Below, in pieces: positions 1 to 11,848 of a DNA stretch of 64,000 bases. The stretch is from Aplysia californica. Lineage: Eukaryota. Positions within the stretch are counted from its first letter, which is position 1, and every line of letters begins with the position of its first letter. The position numbers were made by a program, and so were the translations under genes. The notes under the pieces are model-generated. The model was not told the DNA's origin, made no database searches, and worked only from the letters and a program-made list of their open reading frames with translations. The stretch lies in NCBI RefSeq assembly GCF_000002075.1, contig NW_004797321.1:356835-420834 (forward strand), given 5' to 3'.

Positions 1-1079
1 AACACTTTCATTCAAATTTTTTAAAAGGAAAACAACTTAACTGAAAACTTCGGTCCACTGCAGCATCATATCGGTTCTTACACTTAAATTTAAATACAAC
101 ACATATGCAAGGCATTTTTACTAATTGACTTGCCTAATCTCAAGGACCTTGGAATAAAACATTCTTTCTTATCTAGATTTCAGTGCTTGAGTCGGGGATT
201 CTCTCACCGCAGGTAGACCACAGTTCCGCCGCGAGAGAGGGCTCCTATCAGGCGTGCGGTGCCGCCCACGGAGCATCCTCCATTACTTTTAATCTCATTG
301 GGAAAGGCACTTTACACGAACTTCCCACTTGGCTCGGTCCTATCGGAGAGGAACGTTAAACTAGGAGGTCCCGCCCCTTAAATAACCTATAAGTCTTGAT
401 AGGGGCGTTAAACCTACTGTTTCGACACCATTTTTTTAGTTCCCTCTTAAACTGCTGGCTTTCAGCCACACCCCTGATCTTCTGGTAGGAAAAATCTAGG
501 CTACACCTAGCCTTTTTGAACAGGCGAAAAAATCTCGGAGGTCCCTTGTGCAAGTTGCGCACGCTAAAAATCCCTCAAATTATTGGTGGTCTAAATTGTA
601 GCCTATATATTATAGTAGGCTTCGGACGCCACCCGGGCAAAATTCAAAATGTCCCACCAACTGAAAATGTTTGGTGTGTCCCGGTGCGCTCATATTATGA
701 CCTTATGCAGTTGTGAGCCGTACACTCACAAAAAAGAAAGAAAAAAGAGAGCTGTCACAATGAACGGAACCAACTGCAGGATGCCATTTTTTTCTAATTT
801 GTAATCGCGGTCTGAACAATTATATGACTATTGGAGGGACAACTGCACTTTCTATGCTGTTGCTCTTTGACCAAGAATACAGAAAGGTTTAATGCTGTAG
901 TCTAGATCTAGATCTAGATTTATACATCTAATATTTAACGCGAGCAAGCAAAGCCCCTCTGTTATAAACTTCAAGGTGTCCTGCTTAGGCCTACTCATAA
1001 ATCCTAATGTAAAATGCGACTTGGGGATAGCAAATCATTCAGAGGCGTGTGACTATTCTCAGCAGTCTGGGAATATCAA

Positions 1080-1420
1080 CAGCTAACGTCACGACATTCT
1101 ATGCGTCACGAGATGAAGGCTAAACAGGAAGTTCAAAACCGAAAGTAGCTGTTTATGTCTTATGATAATATTCAAGATGGCATAACACTTTGTCGGTGAC
1201 TCTTGTCCTCTCCGACTTTGTGCCCATTAAACGTCATTTTTACGTCAGGTTTGTTTTTGTGGACATTTAATTAGTACTGTGCACTTTGCAGGGTATTTTG
1301 TATATAATCTAGAATCTAGATCTAGAAATCTAGATGGAAACACATTTGATTTCAAAGCAAGTGATCAGCTTGAATTGTGTTGTTTGTGAAAAAGTCAGTT
1401 TGACAACTGCCGGAAGTCAC
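1080..1420 (+). promoter_or_regulatory. Promoter-like motif cluster; possible alternative first exon ending at 1248
   Basis: CGTCA half-sites (~1087, ~1104), ETS-like GGAAGT (~1127) and CCGGAAGT (~1410), YY1-like AAGATGGC (~1174), CAG|gtttgt donor at 1248/1249. Confidence 0.35.
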
Positions 1421-1432
1421 ACTATTACAGAC

Positions 1433-1500
1433 TTCTAGATTCTCTAGATTCTAGATCTATGTAGATCTAGATCTAGATCTAGATCTAGATTTAGATCTAG
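1433..1500. repeat. (TCTAGA)n palindromic hexamer array (shorter runs at 901, 1308, 1760)
   Basis: Directly visible. Confidence 0.9.
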
Positions 1501-1535
1501 GTCTTATATATATGTATGTGTGTGTGTGTCATTTA

Positions 1536-2806
1536 CGGTAGCGTCAATTGCCACCGAGTGACGCGGTGGCAATTGACAAAAATTGACTTTTGTCAATTGC
1601 CACCGAGTGAAGCAGTGTCAAGTCTGAAAACAACACTAGACTCTATCTTTATACATATAATGTGTGTCCAATGGGTCTATTTGTTCTCAACTAATTTCAT
1701 TGGACGAGCATCTAGTCTAGAGCTACGGTACCAACTTGGCGTGTTTTCAATGAGACGTATCTAGATCTAGATTTAGAACCAACACAGGCAATTCTAGAAG
1801 TAGGCCTAGAAGGTCACAAATGCACACAAACTCAAGCAGAAATTCACGTTATATCGGGGAACATAAATCGGGGGACGGGGGTCAGGAAGGAAAGGCCACA
1901 CTCTATTCTCACCCGGGGTGAGAATAGCGCAGGCGAGTCTTTTGGCTATTCTCACCCGATGTGCGTTCACCGTTATAGTCTACCTCTAGGCCAACCAATT
2001 TTGCGTTCAACATGAACCACAGAATTCTACATTGTGATAACTGAAAAATTGTAGAATTCTGTGCCGTGAACAAACGTTCCATTACTATTGTTAGCCTAAA
2101 AGCGTACAATTTTGTCTGTGGGCAATGGAGAGAGAGAAAGAGAGAGAGAGAGAGAGGAGTAGCGCGAGAACTTCCGGGCAAAACAAAATGGAGACCCGCG
2201 TAGTTCGGCTCAATTCGAAAGTTAAATAGCCGTAGCATCTTTGTAGACGACCAAATTAATTTACTTTTGTGTTTTTTTAACATCATTTTTTAACTTTGTT
2301 TTGGTCAAATTGATGGTCCACACCGATAGAGACAGTATTCAGAAAGAGACAGAGAGAGAGAAGAGGGGAGGAGTAGATCTTGCGAGAACTTTCGGGCAAA
2401 ACAAAATGGCGACTCGCGTAGTTCGGCTGGATTCGAAAAGTGAAATAGCCATAGCATCTTTGTAGATGATCAAATTAGCTTACTTTTGGGCTATAACGTA
2501 AATTTTCCTTTGCTTTTATCCATTTGATCATCCACACCAATAGAAAGTACTCCGAAATTAGGAAAAACAGGTCTTGTTTCATATCAGGTGAGAATAGCCA
2601 ACAGTGGCATGTCTCATCCGGGGTGAGAGGTCGATCGTATTTTTATTCTCACCCCGGGTGAGGATGGCTACTTCCGTCAGGAAAAGACAAACACACACAC
2701 ACACACACACACGAAAGCACAACACCGAGCACTCGAGCACAATAAGCTAGATCTACCCACAAACACAAAAGAGCTCCAATTTACTCTTTGGCAATTGACA
2801 CTACTG
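1536..2806. mobile_element. Non-autonomous hAT-like DNA transposon (host of a nested element)
   Basis: 18-bp TIRs CGGTAGCGTCAATTGCCA / CAGTAGTGTCAATTGCCA; flanking direct repeat (G)TCATTTA, 7-8 bp. Confidence 0.75.
1889..2675. mobile_element. Nested TIR element (GG termini, 8-bp TSD; Merlin/MULE-like) with an internal ~218-bp tandem duplication
   Basis: TSD GTCAGGAA at 1881-1888 and 2676-2683; GGAA...TTCC ends; subterminal CTATTCTCACCC/GGGTGAGAATAG palindromes. Confidence 0.65.
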
Positions 2807-2911
2807 TCATTTAATTAGTCCTACTTTGACAGTAGGCCCAGGCTTACTGGCTTACCGAGTTTAAATTCAGTATTCTCACTGACATAGCCTACACATCCAG
2901 TAATGACAATG

Positions 2912-4396
2912 TGTCTACGTACACGGTAACCGGGCACCTAGCCTCAGTGTCTACGTACACGGTAAGCCCCATCCGGGCGCCTAGTCTCAATGTCAAGTAC
3001 ATTGTACACGGTAACCGGGCATGTAGCCTCAATCTACGTACACGGTAACCGGCAAACGGGTACATAGTTTCAGTGTCACGTATGGCCGTCGTTATTTGGA
3101 CTCGAGTCCGAATAACATTTTTTCATATTCGGACTCGAGTCCGAATAAAAAAAATTCTTATTCGGACTCGAGTCCGAATATGAAAAAATGTTATTCGGAC
3201 CCGGGTCTGGAAAAAAAAAAGGAAGTGTCTTCTTTCTATAGATCTAACGTTCAGTGCTTCCAATTTTCCGCCATTTTTTAGTTTCCCCCACACTTATCTG
3301 CCGATCATATGCCCGCCGCCTCATTGATACGCCCCCCCACCCCCCATGTTTCCCTGTTTCTTTGTTGTAGAAAAAGGTAAAATTGAAGATTAGCAGACCA
3401 CCTGGGACCTACACATTATGAGCTGTGTAAAAAAAAAAAAAAGACAGATTCGTTCAAATACACAAGCCTGTGTCATCTCGATTGTTTACCAAAAAAAAGT
3501 TGTGTTGCTGTGTAGAGCCGAGCATACGGCAACTTTTGATTCCATAGACGAGCGCACAATTCATTACGTAGATCTACGTCAAGACTGGCTTATTATTGTA
3601 ATAGTGATCAGTTGCCGGGGGACAAAAGACAGACGCGTAAGCGACGTTCAACGCCCGGACCGATAATGCCCCCACCCCGACACGCACACACAGCGACACG
3701 TGTGCAGGCCGCCCTTCCGACCCCGACACACGCTAACGAGCCATCTTTAATTGCTTCTGGTGACCTTTTGACAAATAAACATTTATCACAAGCGCTATAA
3801 CTTTTCAGGCCGGCCTCAAATTCATCGTAAGATAAAAACTCGGCTCCTGCACAAAACGCCATTTTGCCTGAAGTGATCCCGGTCTCTACCCAGCCTGAGG
3901 CGAGTCACGAGTGAGGCAGGACAGGAAGCCGGAGTCACGAGTCACAGGAAGTCGTAAGTCGGAAGTAATGTCATGCTGGACAAGAATCAGAGTCCGAATA
4001 ACATTTTTTCATATTCGGACTCGAGTTCCGAATAGTCACTTCGGTCATGTATACGGTAACCGGGCAGTTCAGAACTCAAGTTCAGTTTTCGTCATCCGGT
4101 GTTGCCTTCATCCCCACCCCTCCCCCGACTGTACCTTTTTAAAAAATCAATAAATACCCCCCTATTCCGGAGCCCTACTTCACAGCGCACAGACTTTGAA
4201 TGAACTTTGGTGACCCCAACAGGTACTGTGTGCATTCACAGGTTCACTGACCGGTCACGATGGCGAGCCCGACAAGACACGACTTTTTTTTTTCAGCAAG
4301 TGACAGCACAGGACAAATATTGATTTATTTTCATTCCGGTTACCGTGTACATAGATACTGAGACTAGGTGCCCGGTTACCTTGTACGTAGACACTC
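2912..4396. mobile_element. Foldback/TIR element with ~37-bp subterminal repeats (TGTCTACGTACACGGTAACCGGGCACCTAG); outer ends uncertain
   Basis: Direct copies at 2912-3055 and inverted copies at 4336-4396; one unit is split by the 3084-4046 insertion. Confidence 0.6.
3084..4046 (-). mobile_element. Nested, internally deleted DNA transposon with TTCGGACTCGAGTCCGAA palindrome arrays and a transposase-like N-terminal remnant
   Basis: Imperfect TIRs; flanking ACGTAT/ATGTAT; minus-strand ORF from ATG 3862 (MAFCAGAEFLSYDEFEAGLKSY...LFVKRS). Confidence 0.6.
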
Positions 4397-4668
4397 CGAA
4401 GCCTTAGTACAGTCTTAATTAAAATAAATAATAATTTGATAGAATCTAGGCCTAAGCATATATAGTAGAGTCTAGGCCTAAAGAAGCCAGACTGTATTCC
4501 GCCTTCCTGCTTGTCATAGAGAGATCATATAATTTGATCTAGAATAGATCCAGATCTAGACAATCTAGGCCTATATCTGCAATTATTATGATTCTAAAGG
4601 CCTATTGGGTGGTCACATTTTACTCTTTTCGTCATGCAGATGGTCAATTTAGCTTGCCTTTAGCTTAA

Positions 4669-4839
4669 CACTTTGTCCACACGGGATGCCGATCGGCGAA
4701 GTTAAGAAGCCGTCCCTTTTCCCCACGGGATGCCGATCGGCGCCGGTGTGATCTAGACCTAGTGTGCATATATCGCACCTGTGTCCTGGTCCGTGGGGAT
4801 AATTGTTGCGCACTCTATGCGCTGCGTGGGTGGAAAGTG
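4669..4839. mobile_element. piggyBac-like MITE A
   Basis: TTAA on both sides; CACTTT...AAAGTG ends; internal duplicated CACGGGATGCCGATCGGCG. Confidence 0.55.
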
Positions 4840-4845
4840 TTAAAA

Positions 4846-5446
4846 CCCTAGAAACGCTCAGCGTTTCACTGGAAGTAACCTGCCAAAAATGGCCCGCCGC
4901 CAGGGCCGATCGGTTGTAGACATGGGGGTTTGGTGGGGGATAAATAGCACGAGATGTATCTGTTAAATGACCATTGATGGCTCAACGGATGTAAAAGGCT
5001 TAAAACCATATCTTTACTTTTAAAATTATAGAATGAGCCATTCAAAAATGAGCTATAAAAAAATTATACAAACAAAGCGCAAAACGCGATAAACTCACCA
5101 ATTAGTACATTAGCACAGCGGAGCAAGTGATATTACACATAATAATGTGTAGTCGCTAAGCTGGAGCATGTCAATTTATCGATCGATACCTTGGCCAAGA
5201 GATGATCTACGAGGTCAACATAACTTGCAAAGTCATTGGTCCTATTTATAACTGACCTGTAATCTACTATGTCATATTCCGCTGGAATACTGAAATTTTC
5301 CGTTGAAAAAGGTCAATGTCTAAAGTCCTTAAATATAGGGTCTGCCCGCTTCCCATTTGAAGTAGGTCAGCTCTATATATAGGGCCTGCGCGCTTCCCGG
5401 ATAGACCGGCTCATGCCCTTTATATAGGGCCTGCATGCTTCTAGGG
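4846..5446. mobile_element. piggyBac-like non-autonomous element B
   Basis: CCCTAGAA...TTCTAGGG termini followed by TTAA; three TATAGGG(C/T)CTGC subterminal repeats at the right end. Confidence 0.75.
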
Positions 5447-5491
5447 TTAAGATGGTCTCAAGGTTGTCTTCATGCAGCTTCTTTGGCGCTC

Positions 5492-5894
5492 NNNNNNNNN
5501 NNNNNNNNNNNNNNNNNNNNNNNNNNNNNNNNNNNNNNNNNNNNNNNNNNNNNNNNNNNNNNNNNNNNNNNNNNNNNNNNNNNNNNNNNNNNNNNNNNNN
5601 NNNNNNNNNNNNNNNNNNNNNNNNNNNNNNNNNNNNNNNNNNNNNNNNNNNNNNNNNNNNNNNNNNNNNNNNNNNNNNNNNNNNNNNNNNNNNNNNNNNN
5701 NNNNNNNNNNNNNNNNNNNNNNNNNNNNNNNNNNNNNNNNNNNNNNNNNNNNNNNNNNNNNNNNNNNNNNNNNNNNNNNNNNNNNNNNNNNNNNNNNNNN
5801 NNNNNNNNNNNNNNNNNNNNNNNNNNNNNNNNNNNNNNNNNNNNNNNNNNNNNNNNNNNNNNNNNNNNNNNNNNNNNNNNNNNNNNNNNNNNNN
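5492..5894. other. Assembly gap (other gaps at 8243-8342, 28877-29121, 43123-43264, 59327-59535)
   Basis: Runs of N. Confidence 1.
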
Positions 5895-6079
5895 AGAAAA
5901 CCCTCAGATTTTGAAAAACATGAGAAATATTTACTACTGCACTATTAAGCTTAACATAATAAAAACTAGATCAACATTTTTATATAAACAAACCTTTCAA
6001 AATCTAGTAATTTGCGTTTTTATTTTAAAAATTATTATTATTTTGTCTCAATTGCACCTCAAAGGACATTGACTATAGA

Positions 6080-6196
6080 CCTCTACGGCGGTGTAATTAC
6101 TTACACTATTCCATGTTTGTTTCCGAGCTTTGCGTAATTTTCTTACTATGAAAAAGAAGAGAAAAAAAAGCCAGGACTGCAGGCACAGTTCGACAG
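6080..6196 (+). other. Putative non-coding 5' UTR exon of WDR7 (start approximate)
   Basis: CAG|gtatgt donor at 6196/6197 in CpG-containing sequence. The ATG exon has an acceptor at 7006, so some upstream exon is expected. Confidence 0.45.
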
Positions 6197-6976
6197 GTAT
6201 GTGAGCTCGAGCCCTAACTTCTATGTTCGACCTATCCGTGTTATACTGTAATTATTAATACAAATTTTTCACAGCATTGTGTGGGCTTTTTGGGGGGATC
6301 TGACTTGTGAAGAACTAGTGTGGGTACTTCTTGATTACAGAATTTGTATGGTTGAAAATTTGGTTTAGGGGTGACTAATAGTGTAATGTTGGCCTCATTT
6401 GCGAATGAGTCAGCTGTGGGCTCCGATCCCAACAGTTTTGGAATAGCTATGACCTATTTTTTTTCATTTCTCATATTGTTCTCCTGTCTTGCACAGCATG
6501 CTTCAAAGAAAGGTCCTGAGCTTTGCTTGTGTTGTGAAGAAGGTGTTTGAATATGTTCCAAAGCTTGACCCTCATATTATTATTTTTTTTAATGCTCTGG
6601 GTAAAAGGAGACATATCAAATGATCTATTGTGATTAATGTATGTGTTCTTGAACAGGTCATACGTTTTAGACTTACAACCGGGCACAATAGGCTGAATCC
6701 ACCCATATTATTATGCAGGAGGTAAATGAATGGCCAATTAGATACCTGCCCAGACATCACAATAACCATGAAAAAAAAGAAATTATTTATTCTCTTTCCT
6801 AAGGGTGGGATTGATTAAAAAATACAAGGGTGCATAAATCCAAAGTGATTGTACCAAGCAGATTTGAATCAAAATTGGCCCCTTTCATAGCGCTTATTTA
6901 TTTATATTTTTTTGGTATGTGATTTATCTTCCGACCATGAAAGTGAAAACCTTTGGTCCAAATGAAGGACCATTAA

Positions 6977-7273
<297 letters not shown>

Positions 7274-7993
7274 TAGCCAGGAGAGTCGCTGCAACTGACT
7301 TTTTGGGCCTGTCGCAGATCTGCGTCAAGTGACCACAACGGATAATTTTCACCGTCGTATTATTGTGGCAAGTGACAGCAAAGTGCTGATGCACTGATAA
7401 TGTTGTGTGGAATTATCACTGTAAGAATAGTTTTTAATCTCTTGATCAAGTCAGGTTAACCCCATGAGTTCCTTTGCTCTCTGTGAGATGCTTGAAATTA
7501 TTCCCTTTTAAAAAAAACATTCTTTTAATTGTTGAATTGTCAAGGGTAGTTAATAATTTTGTGACTTTTGGAATATGTTCAAACTTGTGTCAGCTGAATT
7601 GTTAGAGATGAGATTTGTTGTGTTTAGGAATATGTTGTAGTTTGCATTAGACGAATAGTTTATAAATAAAATACTTTATAGTTGTGCGGTCATAGACAAT
7701 TTTTGTACCTTTTTCGTATTTGTTTGCTACAAAGGGGATAAAAGTATTTATTTTTTAAATATAATTCTTGATTTCAGCAAAAATGGACCTCTGTCCAATT
7801 TGTGGTGAAAGATTTTTGTTGCTTTTCTTAATCTTCATGTTGGATATGACAAATCCTAGAATATCCCAGCCATAATATGTTACCATGAGACAGACAATCT
7901 GGCCAGACCTATGACGCTATGAAACCAGAACTGTGTGGTTTTGAGTGACTTGATGAGACATGTTCAAGCTTTGACTTTGATTGTATGTTTCAG

Positions 7994-8100
7994 GTTGCTC
8001 CGAGACATATGTTGTTTGGCCATACGGCTGCCATCAGTTGTTTGGCTGTTGGAAGTGAACATAAAGAGAGGCGTTACGTTGTCAGCTCTTCAGAAAATGG
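7994..8100 (+). CDS. WDR7: WDR7 coding exon 2 (VAPRHMLFGHTAAISCL...SSSENG)
   Basis: tttcag| acceptor, |gtatgt donor; WD40 GH motif; phase 0 to 2. Confidence 0.93.
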
Positions 8101-8961
8101 GTATGTGTAGTTCTGGTGTGATGGACTTTCAACATGGAATTGATAAGCAGTTTCTGCACAGGGTATTTCTTCGCATGACCCAAAGAAACTTTTAACAGTT
8201 GCTTATTGCTGGGTTTGAACACTTTAAAAAGTTGGGGGGGCGNNNNNNNNNNNNNNNNNNNNNNNNNNNNNNNNNNNNNNNNNNNNNNNNNNNNNNNNNN
8301 NNNNNNNNNNNNNNNNNNNNNNNNNNNNNNNNNNNNNNNNNNGTAGGGACTTTGGTGACTTTTATTGTTGTTTTCTTGGGAGGGGGGAGGGGGTGAGGGT
8401 AGTTTCAGTAGCTTGTGATTTTTATCTGGAGTATGAACATTTGCGTCAGATTTTATTGGTTGTATCCATGATGATGTCATCGAATAAAAGAACCAGATGA
8501 CTCAGTGAATTAGTTTTGTTCACTTAGAGATCTAAGGACCATACCACTTGTTTGGATTTTTTGAGGAGGGGGGGGGGAGTGGCAACAAATACCAAGACTG
8601 TTTCTTAATGATTTCTTAGATTAATAAATTGTTGTGATGTGAGAAAAAAATTAATGGAAAAGAAAAAACCCAACAAAAATAGACAATTTAGATAATTGGC
8701 AAACGGAAGACATCTAATACACACCAAAAATTATGTTACTAGATACTCGTCTTATAATCTAAAAGAGAATCAATATTAACAGAAAAATCCAGTGCAAACT
8801 TCCACTTCCCTTTTATTTTTGTTGTATTTTGGGTGGGGGAGGGGTAAGGGTTGTAACAATTAATAGTGAATTTAAATTATCTGGGTCTGCTTTGCAGGAC
8901 TCAATGGTTGAAATGAGCGTTTAGTTCAAGGGCAAAGCTGAACTTGCTTTCTTTTCCTCAG

Positions 8962-9040
8962 AGAAATGTGCCTGTGGGATGTAAGTGATGGTCGCTGTGT
9001 GGAGAACACAAAGACTGATAAAGTACACTCAGACATAGTG
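8962..9040 (+). CDS. WDR7: WDR7 coding exon 3 (EMCLWDVSDGRCVE...SDIV)
   Basis: cttttcctcag| acceptor, |gtaagt donor; phase 2 to 0. Confidence 0.93.
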
Positions 9041-9679
9041 GTAAGTACAAACCTGTTCATAATATCGGACATTGTTGTATGCACAAACATGTTAGGCATT
9101 TGGAAAGGTTCAAAGATGTTCATAATAAAATGGATAAGTTTTCTGTTTAAGGTATATTTCCATCTTTTAGAAATCAATGAAGTAATTCTCCTTTTTTTAA
9201 TGAATTTCTAACCAAGAAGACATTCTGTCTCTTACATACTCGTAAGATTTCTTTCTGTCTTTTTTCTTTCTTTCTTTTTTCTTTTTGTTTTGTGTAACAG
9301 AAATAAGCCTAAAACAAAAGACTGATCAGGTGGTATTGGTAGCTTGTGAAAAATGGTATCAGTTCAATTGGTAAAATCTATGGTGTCACTGTGGGTGGAA
9401 ACTGGCAGCTTGTTTGTGGCTACGCTCATCTGTTTACAGCAAAGCCCATTGAGTATATTTGTCCAAGGGAATTTAATCTGAGATTTTGTGTCATGCTTCA
9501 CTAAACTTGCTTCTCAAGGTGAAGAAGGATGTGGGTGATTGGAGGGTGCCTCAAGTAGGTTTTACTCCTTGTTGTTCCTCTGTCTGTCTTTGTTTTAATT
9601 CTTTGCCCTTCACTAAATGGCCATTAACTTTTTCCTCTAACTTTCTGTGTTGTTTTAACCTTGACCATTTCCTCTCCAG

Positions 9680-9848
9680 GCATTTCACCTGAAGTCGTCC
9701 AAAGCTTTACGTCTGATCTGTAATGGTTACTATGATGAGGTGGTCATCATTGATCCTCTGAACCTGGAGATTGTTTACTCCCTGGTGGCCCGGGTGGAGT
9801 CAGATTGGGTCAGCGCATGTTGCGTTCTCTCCCCTCCAAGCAGAGATG
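9680..9848 (+). CDS. WDR7: WDR7 coding exon 4 (AFHLKSS...LICNGYYDEV...SDWVSA...)
   Basis: cctctccag| acceptor, G|gtcagt donor; phase 0 to 1. Confidence 0.92.
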
Positions 9849-10424
9849 GTCAGTAAATGGTTTTTGCAGTTTGCACTTTTTTTTGTGTGTGTGTTTTTTT
9901 TCTTTTTTGTTCAATTTGCTAGTTTTATTACAGAGGCTTCCTCCCTCAAGTTTAATGTCTTTGCAAGAAAAACTGAGCAAGAGTCAAAGAACCATTAACC
10001 TTTCCTTTAAAAAAAAATGGTGGTGTGCATATAATGGTTATAGCGTGCATGAGGTGTGAGTATGATTTCTGTCTGAGGAAATTTAATTATCAAGAAGCCT
10101 ATCTCTGTCTACTAATATATGCTGTATCCCACCTGTGTGTTTGCACTGACAAGCAAGCAGAGTTGATTCGGAAACAGTCGAATTTTGTCAACAAGGACGT
10201 AGATCCATAAATCATTTTCCATAATAATTTTTTTTTTTACTTTTCGAAACGGTGGTGCGGTGATCTAGAATGCAAGTGTTATTGTTAGGTTCCATTTCTG
10301 TATTTGTTGAAATGAGAATAAGAAAAGAAGCCATGACTGCCTAGAGGTACTCAGTGGCTGCCGAGGGGGTGAGAGCTTCATAAATAGTTCACTTCTCATT
10401 TCCCCTCTTTCTTCTTTCCAACAG

Positions 10425-10495
10425 ATGATGTGATTTTGGCCATCACTAACTCAGGCAGTGTCAAAGTTTGGACCTTGTCAATGCCAGAAAGCAAG
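10425..10495 (+). CDS. WDR7: WDR7 coding exon 5 (DDVILAITNSGSVKVWTL...)
   Basis: ctttccaacag| acceptor, AAG|gtgagt donor; phase 1 to 0. Confidence 0.92.
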
Positions 10496-11731
10496 GTGAG
10501 TTGAGATTTGCAGTCCTTGGTAAGTGAATGAGCTGGTAGATTTTTATGACAGCAGTTTACTTTTTTGTCAACTGACCATAGAGGAAACAATGTCACTTCT
10601 GTGTCAGCACTTAATGTTTGTTCATTGAGCATTGAAGGAAAAAAGTTATTACTGCAGCTGATGTTTAATTATAATAATAATAAATAGCATTTATTTAGTG
10701 CATATCCCGGCTCGACAGCGAGCTCTATGCTAATTAACCTATATTATTACCCTTCAAAAGTGCTCAAAAACTAACAAACTGTAAAAAATTTCAACATTAT
10801 TCTATACTGACCATTGAGGAAAGAATGTAATTTCTGTGGCGGATGTTAACATGTTTGTCCATTGACCACAGAGGAAAAAAATGTTTAATCCTGCTTCAGC
10901 CTGTAAGTTATTGTCAAGTGTAGTTGCTATGTGTGGGCCTTTTTGTTGTTTGAGATCACATGAAAACCGTATCATGTGTAGTGCCGAGTATGACCGGCAA
11001 TTGTGGTGTGGTAGTTAGGTTCATAGCCATTGCATGCAGGGGATGATAGTTCAGTTCCTTAATTGGAGAAAATTGTTTAAATCTAGTATTCTCTGTTTGT
11101 CTGATGGGATGTTGTACCCCTCTCAGCCAGGGTTTGCCCAGACAGGCATGGAAGAAGAATCTGCTTGCTAATTGATTTAAGTTGTGTGGATGTTGATAAA
11201 ATACTTACAGTAAACACAACCAAACTGTTGAGTTGGATAATGAGGGGAGACATTACTAGTGAAGGTTTTCCTGTATAATGGAAGAATGCCGTCTGTTACT
11301 CTTTCCCTTCCTTGAGGTGAATTGTTATGTTTTGTGGGTTTTTTTAAAGAAGCATTGGGCAGGGGGTTTTGAGTGGATTATGTGGCATTTAATCTGGAAA
11401 AGTTGAATTAGTGGAGAAAAAAAAATCTACTCAGGCATGCCTTTTCTTTCATATAATATGTGAAAACATTTTGTTCATTTGTCTACTGTGCAACACACAA
11501 ATAGCGAAATTGGTGAGACGAAGAAATCTTCGCATAATGTGCAACTTTGACTATAATATATGTATTTTGAATACAGAGAATGAATTATACAATGTAAGAA
11601 AAAATTCGGGAACTGAAAATCTATTCACGATGGGTGTGTTTCACAATAATATACAAGTTCGTTGTGTGCCTGCGAGACTGTATTTAGTTTGTGTGACACT
11701 CTTTGCTCATTTTTCTGTTCAATTTGTGCAG

Positions 11732-11848
11732 GGCAACAAAGTGCCAGAGGATGAGTCCAAGCAGATCCGCTGTCTCAATGCACAAACTCTGAAGTGTTGT
11801 CCTGGCAACCTTAGGACGGTGCTGATTGTTTGTAGCAAGTATTGGCAG
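11732..11848 (+). CDS. WDR7: WDR7 coding exon 6 (GNKVPEDESKQIRCLNA...VCSKYWQ)
   Basis: tgtgcag| acceptor, CAG|gttggt donor; phase 0 to 0. Confidence 0.92.

Noticed and set aside
356-716. Short ORFs as exons of a neighbouring gene
   Set aside because: No recognisable protein motif or consistent splice sites, and the region contains SINE-core and retroposon-tail fragments.
5435-6072. Long ORFs across N-runs (also at 8082, 28816, 42951, 59237)
   Set aside because: Artifacts of assembly gaps.
10496-10525. Alternative donor or 6-nt microexon after exon 5 (cag|TCCTTG|gtaagt)
   Set aside because: The extension contains an in-frame TGA, and the implied 18-nt intron is too short to splice.
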